Assembly: GCF_963921235.1 (NCBI RefSeq)
Contig: NC_086107.1
Location: forward strand, 103,356,001 to 103,420,000
Length of the DNA: 64,000 nucleotides
Origin: Mobula hypostoma
Lineage: Eukaryota
Direction of reading: 5' to 3'
Shown: in pieces, positions 49,745 to 62,501 of the stretch
How the letters are laid out: each line of letters starts with the position of its first letter
Position numbering within the stretch: the stretch's first letter is position 1
Position numbers and translations under genes: made by a program
The notes under the pieces: generated by a model
What the model was told of the DNA's origin: nothing
Databases searched by the model: none
The model's input: the letters and a program-made list of their open reading frames with translations, nothing else

Positions 49745-49787
49745 ATGGAACAAAGGTGGGGAAGAAGACAACCAGAGACCCAAACAG
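49745..49787 (+). CDS. Candidate first coding segment MEQRWGRRQPETQT in exon 49724-49787 of an unidentified gene
   Basis: Acceptor ttttctccctttatttacag|, Kozak aaaATGG, purine-rich body, donor CAG|gtatcc; all three frames are open so the frame is uncertain. Confidence 0.5.
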
Positions 49788-50121
49788 GTATCCTTACTTA
49801 TCTTAAAAGTAGCTTGGAGCTACCTTGATGTGCAAAAGTAGTTTATGTATTTAAAAAAAAAATCACTGAATATTGAGGATTGCAGAACATTCAGGGCAAT
49901 TTCGGTTTAATATTGAATGGGCTCATTGGCAGCATCGTGAAATGCACTTACTCATTGGTTTTGTTAACTTGTTAATGGTCATGTATACAGAAAAGGGCCT
50001 GTAACATCGTGAAGGATCCCACCCACTCTGCTCAAAGACTGTTTGCTCCACTTCCATCGGGGTGGGGGGGGGGTGGGAGGCGACGTAGCATCCACGCCAG
50101 GGCCACCAGACTCAAAAACGA

Positions 50122-50366
50122 TCCCATGTCCCATGATCCTCTCGTATCCCCTTCTGCCTATCACCTGTCCAGCTCTCGGCTCCATCCCTCCCCCTCCTGT
50201 CTTCTTCTATCATTTTGCATCTCCCCCTCCCCCTCCAGCTTTCAAATCCCTTACTCACTCTTCCTTCAGTTAGTCCTGACGAAGGGTCTCGGCCTGAAAC
50301 GTCGACTGCACCTCTTCCTATAGATGCTGCTTGGCCTGCTGCGTTCACCAGCAACTTTGATGTATG
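50122..50366 (+). mobile_element. Young PLE terminal repeat with 14-bp TSD inside a Rex-like fragment; intact hammerhead core at 50272-50307
   Basis: agactcaaaaacga at 50108-50121 and 50367-50380. Confidence 0.9.
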
Positions 50367-51757
50367 AGACTCAAAAACGAGTTACTTTCCCCAAGCGGTA
50401 AGACAGATCAACACACCCACCCACTAGTTTATCCCCCTCCACCACTACTTTATCATTTCCTGCCAGTCACCTTAAGTACAGACACTTTATGGACAAACAA
50501 TCTATGTATAAACTATCCTGTGTATTTGTATTTATTGTATTTGTTTTGTTATTCTTTATCTTATTCTGTTACTTTTTTGTGCTGCATTACATCCAGAGTT
50601 GCAATTATTTTGTTCTTGTTTATACTTGTATACTGGAAATAACATTAAACAATTTTGATAAGAGTTGTATTTCCAAATGTTAAGGAACTGCAGTTTGTTT
50701 CATGAGACCTGCCTCTATTATTTTTCCTCCAGTGTGGTGGTGGTGATGACATTGTGCTGGATTTGACTGTTACTGACTCGCCCAAGTGAAGCTGCTGAAT
50801 TGACACAAATTGAGGTATTTAATTAGTCATGGCATTTCTTATTGTATTAATATTAGAGTAATTATTAAACCACTTCTTTAAACGACGCATTGAACTGTTT
50901 CAGCTTTGCCTTGGATTCTTCATCCTTAAGCAATACCTGCTTTTGATAAGGGTCATTAGATGGGAAAGAGTTGACAAATCGTTCTTCCTGTGCCTTGCAT
51001 CTGAAATCCCCCTGTGGGTTGCCTCGCAGGACTGTTGGTGTAAAACTAGGACAGTGTATTAATAAACCAGTGTGCTGTGGCATGTTGGAGGGACAGCATG
51101 TGCAACTGGAGCAGTGAGTTACTTCAGCACCATGGGACTGGGAGAGGGAGTGTTGTTGCATGATTAAGTCTCCGCAGTCCCACTGTTTATTTGTGTGGAT
51201 TAATGGAGTATTTCACTACAGAGCATACCTTCCCAAAATAGCTATAAATTGGGGGTGGAACAAAGGAAAAGTCGAACCTCGAGGGAAGTGGTACTGAGCA
51301 ATTGGACTTTATTTTGGGGTCTAAAAATAAATGGCTAATGAGATATTTGATACATTGTTTTAATCCTGCAAAATTTCACAGATTTGGGGAAGAATTATTA
51401 GATTATTAAGATGTTGAATGTTACTACTTTTCCACAGGAGAGGGTGGGGAGGTGGGGGGAATAGTGAGGTTGAGAAAAGGTGAAACAGAGCCCACAGATC
51501 AGTTGGCTATCTGTCTGGGAAAATATTGGAACCTATTATTAACAATGTTACAGCAGGGTGAATAGAAGTAGTCAGGATAAGGAAAGGAAAGGTACGTTGC
51601 ATCTGAAGTTTCTCTGGTAAGCGGACGATTTCCCTCCACACCTCTCTGACGTAGTAGGGAACCGCGTACGAGGCAAGTTACGGCAGTAGTTTGCCATTGC
51701 CTTCTGCTGGGTGAGCTTCCAAAGAGATCACCAGCTCGTAACCCAGCACGGATGGAA

Positions 51758-51921
51758 GCTAGTAAGAGATTTGCTCTTCTTTCAGTTAGTCCTGACGAAG
51801 GGTCTCGGCCCGAAACGTCGACTGTACCTCTTCCTAGAGATGCTGCCTGGCCTGCTGCGTTCACCAGCAACTTTTATGTGTGTTGTTTGAAATTCCAGCG
51901 TCTGCAGATTTCCTCGTGTTT
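51758..51921 (+). mobile_element. Young PLE end; intact hammerhead core at 51788-51823
   Basis: agtc CTGACGA a ggg tctcgg ccc GAAA CGTC gact; short inverted piece gctagtaagagattt at its 5' side. Confidence 0.85.
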
Positions 51922-52978
51922 GCTGGTGACCTTGTTGTTCCTCTCCGTCCTTTCCGCGTTTTGTGGCACATAGGCCGACAACTTTGTCGTTTCATTAGCA
52001 TCTTGAGGCCGGGTTGCTAGCTCGATACTCAACCCAGCACAGATGGAAAGCGTGCACGGAGTTGGCCGGATTCGAACCCCGGACCATTCACCTTGAAGTC
52101 CGATGCTGACACCACTACACCACTGGCTGGCTATTGCTGATGACTGGCCAGTGGTGTAGTAGAAAATAAGTTATGAGGAGGGCAGGGTGGCAACAAAAAT
52201 GTGATAAATTAGGGGAGTGGGCAAAGATCTGGCAAATGGAGTGGAATGTAGGAATGTTGGCATGAAGTGTTTGCCTGGAATGTAAACATAGCAAGTAATT
52301 AGGAAGCCAAATTGCACTATTACTTACTGCAAAGGGAAGTGGATACAAAAATAGGAAGGTTAAGCTTTAGTTACGAAGCCTGCATGAGATCCTGTGTGGT
52401 ACGGTGTCCTGTATTTACAGAAGAATGTAAATGCATTGGAAGTAGTTGAGAGAGTGCTTAGAAAATGATACCTCAAATGAGTAGTTATGAGAGCAAACTA
52501 GGCTCATGTCTGCTGGAATTGAGGAAGGGAGGGACTTGATTACATTGTACAAGATCTTGAGATGTGAGAGGATATTCCCACATGTGGGAGAGTCTAGAGC
52601 CAGGGCCACTGTTTCTTGAAAGGGGGTTACCCATTTAAGACGAGCATGAAACTTTTTTGGGTTTTTTTTTGGAGTTTTGCCTTTGGAATTTTTTTTCACA
52701 AAGGGGAATGACACCAAAATTAAATATTTTTGAGGGAAGGAGGTAGATGTTTGATTTTCAAAGTGAAAGGTTTCTACAGGTCGGCAAAGTTGAAGTTATA
52801 ATCAGATCAGTCATGTACTTATTGAAGAGTGGAATAGGTTCAAGAGGCAGAGTGGCTCAGTCTCACTCCAGGTTTGCCCGTTGGCTTATTTCCTGCAGTT
52901 GTTTCTTAGTTTAGGTTAAAAAATTACCCTTGCTAGGATGCCAAAATCCTGCCAATCTAAAAGGAATAATCGCAGTAC

Positions 52979-53231
52979 ACACAAGGAACTCTGCAGATGC
53001 TGGAAATTCAAGCAACACACATCACAGTCACTGGTGAACGCAGCAGGCCAGGCAGCATCTCTAGGAAGAGGTACAGTCGACGTTTCGGGCCGAGACCCTT
53101 GGTCAGGACTAACTGAAGGAAGAGATAGTAAGTCCCACTTTCAAATCTCTTACTATCTCTTCCTTCGGTTAGTCCTGACGAAGGGTCTTAGCCCGAAACG
53201 TCGACTGTACCTCTTCCTAGAGATGCTGCCT
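52979..53231. mobile_element. Fold-back PLE insertion with 14-16 bp TSD and two opposed hammerhead motifs
   Basis: ggaataatcgcagtac at 52963-52978 and 53232-53247; arms about 53048-53133 and 53149-53233. Confidence 0.92.
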
Positions 53232-55249
53232 GGAATAATCGCAGTACTGTTTTTTCCCCTCAGGACTGTATTAAATGTTTAGAAAGAGGTCAAGAAGAGC
53301 CCTTTCTTCAGTTCTTGTATTCTGTATGATATCATGGAAGATTGGGATGAAATTACTTTAGAACATAGGAGCTGAAGGAAGGGCTCATCTTGAGCTCTTA
53401 CTAAACACTTAATAGCCAATTTGTGCTTATCGAACAAAATAATTAGAAAACTGATCAGCCAGTATACTGCCGTCTCAGAACTACTACTCTCCCCTCTATC
53501 CTGTGAATTCCATTTGTAAAACTTGTGCTTTGGCAAGGAGGCTTTTTTTTGACACAGCGCTTCTATGAATTTTGTAGTAATTGGTAACGCAGACAAGCTG
53601 ATCATTATTAAGTAGGTCTCATCATTATTAGCTTGTCAACACTCCACTTAGGCATGCGTCCTATGTCAGCAAAAATTCCCCCCTTAAACCTCTTCACCTC
53701 AGACATTTCCTCCAAGTTCCTCTCGTTCGAATTATCATTCTGATAAAGCTTGTTTCCTTTTTGTCTTGGTGTTAGTGATTTAGATTGATTAAATATATCC
53801 CCTGGGAGGTTTTATCAACTTAAAGGCTTTATGTGAATGTAAGCTTTTACAATTAGTGAAATTGACAAGGCATATCAAGGAGATGAAAGAAAGGCATTAA
53901 AGATTCACTTTAAAGCAATGAATCGCGTCTGGCTTTTTTAAGTGTTATAGCAAAGGAATTGGTTTACAGCTTTGACGGAGAAAACAGGTGTACCAGTGAC
54001 ATTAAATCCAAAAACACTTTTTTTTGAAGTCCCTGAGTGCCTTACCCTAAACAGAATTGGGTGTTATCTCTGTAATTCACCACTTCTCTAAGTACCTACA
54101 AGTAGACAAATAGCAACCTGAGATGCATTACTCTGATAACGTAATTCTTTTTACTCATCATAAAACTCTTGTACTTAATAGAGCGGAGTGGTCTTTTTAT
54201 CTGCACCTCTTTTCTCAGATGTCAGCAATATTCTGGTCTTCTGGCTAAATACCCATCAAGTCAACTTCCTCATTCCTATATGAGCCTAAAATGCTGAATA
54301 TTTGTAGATTCAGTTGAAATCTTGCATGATATTCAGTCCTGTTTCTCTGTGGCGCAGAGGCTGAGAGACTGCTCTGGCAGCTATGCGCTTCTGTCTACGA
54401 GCCTCGTGCGAGTTGCCCCACTATATGATGAACTAAGACCGAGGCTATGGGCCTACTCCTGTCCGGCTCTGGGTCAGTGGACTCAGTTTGGTTCAGAATG
54501 ATGCTGCTTGCTTCTGTTGTTTGCATGATTTGTGTTTTTTTTCCCTCTTTCTCTGCGGGTGCTCTTTCGGGTTTCTTGCTTTGTGGCTGCCTGTAAGCAG
54601 GCGAAACTCGAGGTTGTATAATTTATACGTACTTTGATAATATACTTTGAATCTATACTCACTGGTGATTAGGAACTGAAATCTTGGCTAATTATTTTCT
54701 TTGCCTTCCTCTTAGCCAGGAAGTGAAGCAAGTATTTAAGTGTCATTCCCAGTTCTGTAATAAGTATGATTAATAGTTTTGTTTTGAAGAGCGATAAACT
54801 GGATGTATTCCTTGTTGGTATAATCCTTTTGTCAAAAGCCAATGAGTGATGCAAGATTGGATTGTTGAAACCTGTTGTGAATCAAATTAAATAACAACAA
54901 CAAACCCGGTTTTGTATATTCTCAGCAGAAGAGCAGCTTTCCTGTCATCCTCAGATCAGCACTTTTTAACCCAAATATTCTTACATCTGGTGTTTTGTTT
55001 TCATTCTGGGGTCTGAACTTTTCAGTTTGGCTATCTGTAAATGTTGTTTTAAACTCTTTGAATAAATAGAATTTTGCTTTTGGGTCAGGAATGAAGGTTA
55101 CCAAATTTTGGGTAATCCTAGGCATGGCTCTAAATTAATTTCTTAAAATCCTGACTCTTCTAGAAATCACTTGAGTAGAGCATGATGTTCTCCTCAATGC
55201 CTAGTTGTGGGTCTTCACAGACTTAATTTGGGATGTTAGGGTGGACTCC

Positions 55250-55612
55250 CTTGATGGAGATGCCTAGGTGTGACTTTGTTTAATGTGGGGAGGCTGTTGC
55301 ACGGGCAGCCACCACGTGGTCTTTGATGTATCGAGGTCAGGGTCCAGTGGCATGGAATGCAAGACGACTGGGGACCCTTCACCTCTGCAGCCTTCTTCCA
55401 CCTTCATTGCCATTGTGATGTGTCATCATTTTCTGCCAGCTCCACTTTTGAGCTCTTAGTTGGATCGCTTTTTGTCTGGAACCTTCCCCTTGACCTTGCC
55501 GCCATGGCTGACCCTGCCTGGAGCTAATCAGCCGATGACTGAACTCCAGATGGCATTGCTCTCGGGATCTCACGAACTCTCAAACCCCTCCACCACGACA
55601 AGGTGGCGATCC
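55250..55612 (-). mobile_element. Non-autonomous RTE-related element
   Basis: Reverse complement of the 5570-5930 family. Confidence 0.6.
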
Positions 55613-56161
55613 TAAGAAGATCCTGAATACCAATGTAGCAAAAAGCGGTTTCACCCAGAACAGTGCTTATCCTCCATGCTTTCTACTTTTCTTTCTCTTG
55701 AATTGTACTTGTGTTGTCCCAAGGTTTTCCTGTTGCCCTCCAGCTCCTTGTCCAGGATTCGAGGGCCTGAGTTATGAAGAGAGGTTAGGGAGGCTAGAAC
55801 GTGGTTTGGAAGTGGTTTGACGCAGGTGCAATACAACGTTTAAAAGACATTTGGACAGGAATACAGTTTAGAAGAAGATGAGCCAAATATGGACAAATGA
55901 GACTAGCTTAGGTGGGTATCTCGGCCAGCATGGGTGAGTTGGGCCAAAGGGCCTGTTTCCTTGCTGTATTACTCCGACTCTAATCGCCACCTTTCTCATC
56001 TGTGGGAACAACACAATACAAAATGCTGGAGGTCAGGCAGCATCTATGGAGGAAAATAAACAGTCAACATTTTGGGCCAGACTCTTCATCAGGACTCATC
56101 TACTTGAATGAGATTCATGTTTTATCATTGTGAGATCCCATAATTTGCTTTGATATCTACT

Positions 56162-57972
56162 TAGAAACCATAGAAACTACAGCACAGAAACAGGCCTTTT
56201 GGCCCTTCTTGGCTGTGCCAAACCATTTTCTGCCTGGTCCCACTGACCTGCACACGGACCATATCCCTCCATACACCTCCCATCCATGTATCTGTCCAAT
56301 TTATTCTTAAATGTTAAAAAAGAACCCGCATTTACCACCTCATCTGGCAGCTCATTCCACACTCCCACCACTCTGTGTGTGAAGAAGCCTCCCCAATGTT
56401 CCCTTTAAACTTTTCCCCCCTCACCCTTAACCCATGTCCTCTGGGTTTTTTTTCTCCCCTTGCCTCAGTGGAAAAAGCCTGCTTGCATTCACTCTATTTA
56501 TACCCATCATAATTTTATATACCTCTATCAAATCTCCCCTCATTCTTCTACGCTCCAGGGAATAAAGTCCCAACCTATCCAACCTTTCTCTGTAACTGAG
56601 TTTCTCAAGTCCCGGCAACATCCTTGTAAACCTTCTCTGCACTCTTTCAACCTTATTTATATCCTTCCTGTAATTTGGTGACCAAAACTGAACACAATAC
56701 TCCAGATTCGGCCTCACGAATGCCTTATACAACCTCATCATAACATTCCAGCTCTTATACTCAATACTTTGATTAATAAAGGCCAATGTACCAAAAGCTC
56801 TCTTTACAACCCTATCTACCTGTGACGCCACTTTTAGGGAATTTTGTATCTGTATTCCCAGATCCCTCTGTTCCACTGCACTCCTCAGTGCCTTACCATT
56901 AACCCTGTATGTTCTACGTTGGTTTGTCCTTCCAACGTGCAATACCTCACACTTGTCAGTATTAAACTCCATCTGCCATTTTTCAGCCCATTTTTCCAGC
57001 TGGTCCAAGTCCCTCTGCAGGCTCTGAAAACCTTCCTCACTGTCTACTACACCAACAGTCTTTGTATCATCAGCAAACTTGCTGATCCAATTTACCACAT
57101 TATCATCCAGATCATTGATATAGATGACAAATAACAATGGACCCAGCACTGATTCTTGTGGCACACCACTAGTCACAGGCCTCCACTCAGAGAAGCAATT
57201 CTCCACCACCACTCTCTGGCTTCTTCCATCGAGCCAATGTCTAATCCAATTTACCACCTCTCCATGTATACCTAGCGACTGAATTTTCCTAACTAACCTC
57301 CCATGTGGGACCTTGTCAAAGGCCTTACTGAAGTCCGTGTAGACAATATCCACTGCCTTCCCTTCATCCACTTTCCTGGTAACCTCCTCGAAAAACTCCA
57401 GTAGATTGGTCAAACATGACCTACCACGCACAAAGCCATGTTGACTCTCCCTAATAAGTCCCAGTCTATCCAAATGCTCGTAGATTCTATCTCTTAGTAC
57501 TCCCTCCAATAACTTACCTACTACCGACGTTAAACTTACTGGCCTATAATTTCCCGGATTACTTTTCGATCCTTTTTTAAACAACGGAACAACATGAGCC
57601 ACTCTCCAATCCTCCAGCACCTCACCTGTAGACAGCGACATTTTAAAATTTCTGCCAGGGCCCCTGCAATTTCAACACTAGTCTCCTTCAAGGTCCGCGG
57701 GAACACCCTGTCAGGTCCCAGGGATTTATCCACTTTAATTTTCCTCAAGACAGCAAGGACCTCCTCCTTTTCGATCTGTACAGTTTCCATGATCTCACTA
57801 CTTGTTTCCCTTAATTCCATAGACTTCATGCCAGTTTCCTTAGTAAACACAGACGCAAAAAACCTATTTAAGATCTCCCCCACTTCCTTTGGTTCCGCAC
57901 ATAGCCGACCACTCTGATCTTCAAGAGGACCAATTTTATCCCTTACAATCCTTTTGCTCTTAATATACCTGT
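56162..57972 (-). mobile_element. 5'-truncated CR1 (different subfamily) with frameshifted RT
   Basis: ORFs 57536-58054 and 56427-57641 carry QHGF, DFSKAFD, GVPQESVLGP, FADD; ttctatggtttcta tail. Confidence 0.93.
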
Positions 57973-58568
57973 ACCTGTACTTTTTCAATCCTTTTAGCAA
58001 AGGCCGTCTGACTAAGGTTACAAGGTATTGAAATCTCTCAGCAGCGGAACCCAAAACTCGTTAGCCTTGATTTATTATGTTGTTCATTTCTTGGTCTCCC
58101 CATATAACTTGTGCTGTGTGGAGGGGAGGAAGATGGTGTTAAATGGAGAAATCTGCATTCCTTTAGGACCTTCAGTTATATTCAGATATACTTGCGTATT
58201 AGAGCATCTCAGAGTTTGTTTTCTCATTTTGAAGCTACGATGTTAATTATTATATCCTGGCCAATTTGGGAGGAAGTCTTCAGCCCTTTCTGTTGTATCA
58301 TTGGATCTGAGCTCTTTGATACCTTGTACAAAAGATAGCACCTCTTGGCAATGCGGTTCAGCCTAGTCTTAAATGGAGCTCGAACTCTTGTTTAACTGAG
58401 AGGTGAGTTTGCTGCTCCTGACACTTAAGTTTCTTCACCTGTGCTAATTTGGATAAACAACAAACTGAAGTGCACCAGCTGTACCCAGGATTGATTATTT
58501 ACCTGTGATTTTTGCTTCATAAGGTGTCAGTGAAATTGGAAGTGCTCTTGGCATCTTGCATGACAAAA

Positions 58569-59180
58569 CAGGTTGCGCATCCCTTATCCAATACTTCAAA
58601 ATCCCGAATTTTGTTTGATTGCTGCCACAATTTCAAAAATGGGAAATTCCACAAGGCGCTGGGAAGGTTTCCAGGGAATGCACAGGTGTCTGCGCACCGC
58701 AGACAGTTTTGAGAAGTGACCTCACATGTAATGAACAAGGCTTAATGAAAAATAGAAAAAACTGCGTAAAATGAAGATCTTGAATGTGTATTGAAAGAGT
58801 GAATTTGTCAGTGGTGGAGTGAGTATGTCGCTTAATCATACGCAGATCATGAAACAAGCAAAGATTTATCATGGCAATGAATATTCAGCAGGCTGGTTGC
58901 AGAAATTTAACAGAAGGCACGGCACTAAATTTTTAAGGATTTGTGGTGCTAGCACCTCTGCTGATTGCAAAGCAGCAGAGAAATTCATTGATTCCTAGAT
59001 TGTCACTGGTGAAAAACTTATCACACTGAACGGCTGCATCAGTACATAGGTATGATGAACAAGTGTAAGACAGACTACTTACTATTTGGAAATGATAGCA
59101 ATCCTAAGATATCTCATGATATGTTCCAAAATCTGAAACACTTCCGGCTCCATGCATTTCGGCTAAGGGGAATTCAACCC
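58569..59180 (+). mobile_element. Tigger4/Zombi-like pogo transposon, internally deleted
   Basis: Termini caggttgcgcatcccttatcc and ttcggctaaggggaattcaaccc; CENP-B HTH remnant IMKQAKIYH..EYSAGWLQKFNRRHG. Confidence 0.75.
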
Positions 59181-62100
59181 ATATTGCCACAAATTATAAA
59201 TGAATGAAAAAAAAATCCCTGACTGCTTTGGATAGAGATTATTCACCAAATCTTAAATTGACATAAAGTATCAAAGTTTAAGAACTATTTTTAGATTAAG
59301 ATGTGGCTTCATTTTTAGTTTAATTTCCATGTTCAGTTTTGTGCATGGATATATTATTTAAAAATAAATTTGCTCAAGTTGTCACTGTTCTCTAAACTAC
59401 TGGCTGAGGGAATTCAGGTCTGCATTTAGGCACAGCTAGTAAGTAAACAGTGCACAATATCAATGTATTTTTAGAGCAGAGGGAACAGGACGATTGACAA
59501 ACTACAGGAAATTCCCTTGATGTAAGGTAATTATTCCAGAAAAATAAAATGAAGTGGCCAATGCATTTCTGGCATAAAATCAACTTCAGTCACTTCAACA
59601 ATGTGCTCACCAAGTCTGGAGCAAAAAAATTACAGACACTAGAAAATTTGAAATGAAAGGCTCATTGCTTTAAGCAACCAGCAAATCGGGCAGCATTTGT
59701 AGAGGAAAAACCAAAGTAAGAAAACAAATGAGCTGGAATCGCACAGAAAAGAGGGAGGGTTGCAGATAAATTGCAGACTAAAGTTGTCAAGGTAACCACT
59801 ATAAATCCTGTCATTCTGCCAACTCTTTGCATTGACTGTACAGAATTCAGAAGCTTCAGTATCTTTACAGTCAATTTTTGCTCTGCTGTCAGGTTCCATA
59901 TTAGATGCTTTCATTTCTTGACATTATTTACAGCTTAGGGTATGGGTTTGTGACTAATATCCATTATTAGCCCACAGCTATCTCAACACTACCTCCTCCT
60001 TCAGCACATTCTGTAAAGGTGTCAATCTACCCTCCCACTTTCTCCCTATATCAGATCGGTTCTGCTGCTTCGCATTTTCTGAGATGGATTTTTCCTTAAC
60101 CTTGGCTTCGCTCCATCAGAGTTAGCAGGTTTCTCAGCTGTGTCTCTTCTATCTGCAGTTCTCTTCTCACTTCCTCTACTAGATCAGGTTTCCCTTGACT
60201 TTTATTTTAGCTTCTGCCCTTCCTTGTTCTTTCTCCCCAATGCCCCCCTCCCCAGTCATCTGCCTTTTAACAGATAAAAAGATTAGCTTTATTTGTCAGA
60301 TGTACATCAAAATATCAAACGTACAGTGAAATGCAGTGTTGCATCAACAGCCAGCATATGTTAGGGGCAGCTAGCAGGTGTTGCCATGCTTCTGGAGCCA
60401 ACGTAGCATGACCACAACTTACTGGCCCCAACCCGTGAGTCTTTGGAATGTGGGAAGAAACTGGACCACCAGAGGAATCCCACGTGATCATAGGGAGAGT
60501 GTACAAGCTACTGTCTAGACAGCAGTGGGAATTGAACCCTGAGCAATTTTACAGCTGGAGCTGTGAAGCGTTATGCTAACCACTGCAATACCGTGTGGCC
60601 CCTAATGTTATCCTCCAAGTTGCACCATTTCAGAGGGTTTCCACCAGCACACATCTTCTTCCAGTTCCCTTTGAGCATTCCCGCTGTAATTCCCTTATTT
60701 GTTCTTCCTTTCGTGGCTCTTTCCCATTCCAGCATGGGAAATGCAGCACCTCCCTCTTTTACCAGGTGAAGCAGAGATTAACTGGGATTTTTTTTTTCCA
60801 ATTTAATTTTTTGCCTTTGGTGCTTTGCATAACCCTCTGGTTTAATCCACAAGGGTGATCCTGACCTAGTTGCCTGTCACTTGCATTTTGCTCCCATCTC
60901 GGACTTATTTTTTTGTCTACTTCATGGTTCTGGCAAAGCTTTTTGTAAGTTAAAGGGACAGCAGCTCATTCTTCCATCTGGGCATGTTAAAGCCCTCTTG
61001 ATTGAATTAAATTTGTTTGGTGTACCTCTAGATTGCCTGTTGATGTTTTCATAGTAGTCTACTTTTTAGTTTTAACGGCCAGAATTCTTTTTCTATATAC
61101 TATGTTAAAATGCTATGGCCACTTTAATAGATGTTAAGATTAAACACAAGTTTGTAGTTTTTAATGCCTGCAAAACATTACTGAAGTCAGATGATTTCTG
61201 TGTTTGTACACCAATGAAGAAGCACTTCATCTTCTATTTGAGCACGTTGCAGCCACCTAGATTGAATTTGATAATTTCAGGTGGCCACCAATTTTTCCCC
61301 GTTTCAGTTAATTTTTGTTTTGGCTTCCACTGCCATTTTGTAAAGTTAAAGGTTACCTTGACAGCTTTTGCCTGTACCCTCTCTCCGATGGTCCCTCTTC
61401 TCTCCATTCCTCCGTTTCTCAGTCTAAAACACACTTACTTTCTCACTTTTCCATTCTGGCAGCAAGATTGTTGGCTTGAGACACGAACTTCCTTTTTCAA
61501 TGGGTGCTAACTATCCTGCTGAGTATTTCCAGGGTCTTTGCCTTTGCTCAACAAGTTTGAGTGATATTGACCTTTATGCTGTCATCTCCACTGACAGGGT
61601 CCAGTTTTGTCAAGACATGGTAGTCACATTTTGATTGGCTTTATGATTTTTTTTTCAAAAACATGGAGTAATTAATCCCATAGCTTTCTCTTTTCACTTA
61701 CCCATCACCTCCCTCTAGTGCCCCGCCTCCCCTTTCTCTCATGATCCACTTTCCTCTTCTATGAGATTCCTCCTCATGCAGTCCTTTACGTCTTCAATCT
61801 ATCACCTCCCAGCTTCTCACTTCACTCACCGCTCCCCCGCCCACCTACCTTCCCCCTCACCTAGTTTCAGTTGCCACTTGCCAGCTTGTACTCCTCCTCC
61901 TTTCTCAACTTGTACCGGCTTCTTCCCCCTTTCTTTCCTGTTCTGATGAAGCATCTTGGCCAACCTCCAGCATTTTGTGTGTGCGTTGCTCACACAGTTG
62001 TATTATCTATGGTATGCTGATTCCCCAAACACTCTCGAGATGAGAAAACTGTGAAAGGAATATCTGCAAGAATCAGTACACGTGGCAGAGCTCTTCTTTT

Positions 62101-62501
62101 GGCTCTATAAGCCTTATATTGCTCTTGTTACCTTTGATGTGCAATGGCCTGATTTACTGATGTTATGATAACTTGTGTAGATTGCCTAAATAATAATTTC
62201 CTTTGAGTCTAGGAATTTGAGGGCAAGCAGCATACTTAGTGTCAAGCCAAATCTTGCTCCTATCACCTTATGGTTGGAATCACTTTTTAAAAAAAAGTCT
62301 ATGCTAATTGATTTTAATCACATAAGGAGAAGTGGGTGGGTTTTTAAGAAGAACATGTTCTCACAATTTTATATATTTATTGTTTTTTGAAATTTGCAGG
62401 TTGTCGTCCTTTGCACATTGTTTGTCAGTCTTTGGTGTAGTTTGTCATTGATTCTATTGTATTCCTCTGTGAATGCCTGCAAGAAAATGAATCTCTGTGT
62501 A

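Noticed and set aside
49745..49787. Gene symbol for MEQRWGRRQPETQT
   Set aside because: Only vague resemblance to known N-termini; 14 residues and an uncertain frame cannot support a name
53592..53637. gacaagct/agcttgtc inverted repeat around a duplicated atcattatta
   Set aside because: An 8-bp stem is too short for a miRNA or MITE call and it is single-copy here
59474..59791. Possible + strand coding exon (tttttag acceptor, gtaag/gtaacc donors)
   Set aside because: Stops in the phase required by the upstream exon and no recognisable product
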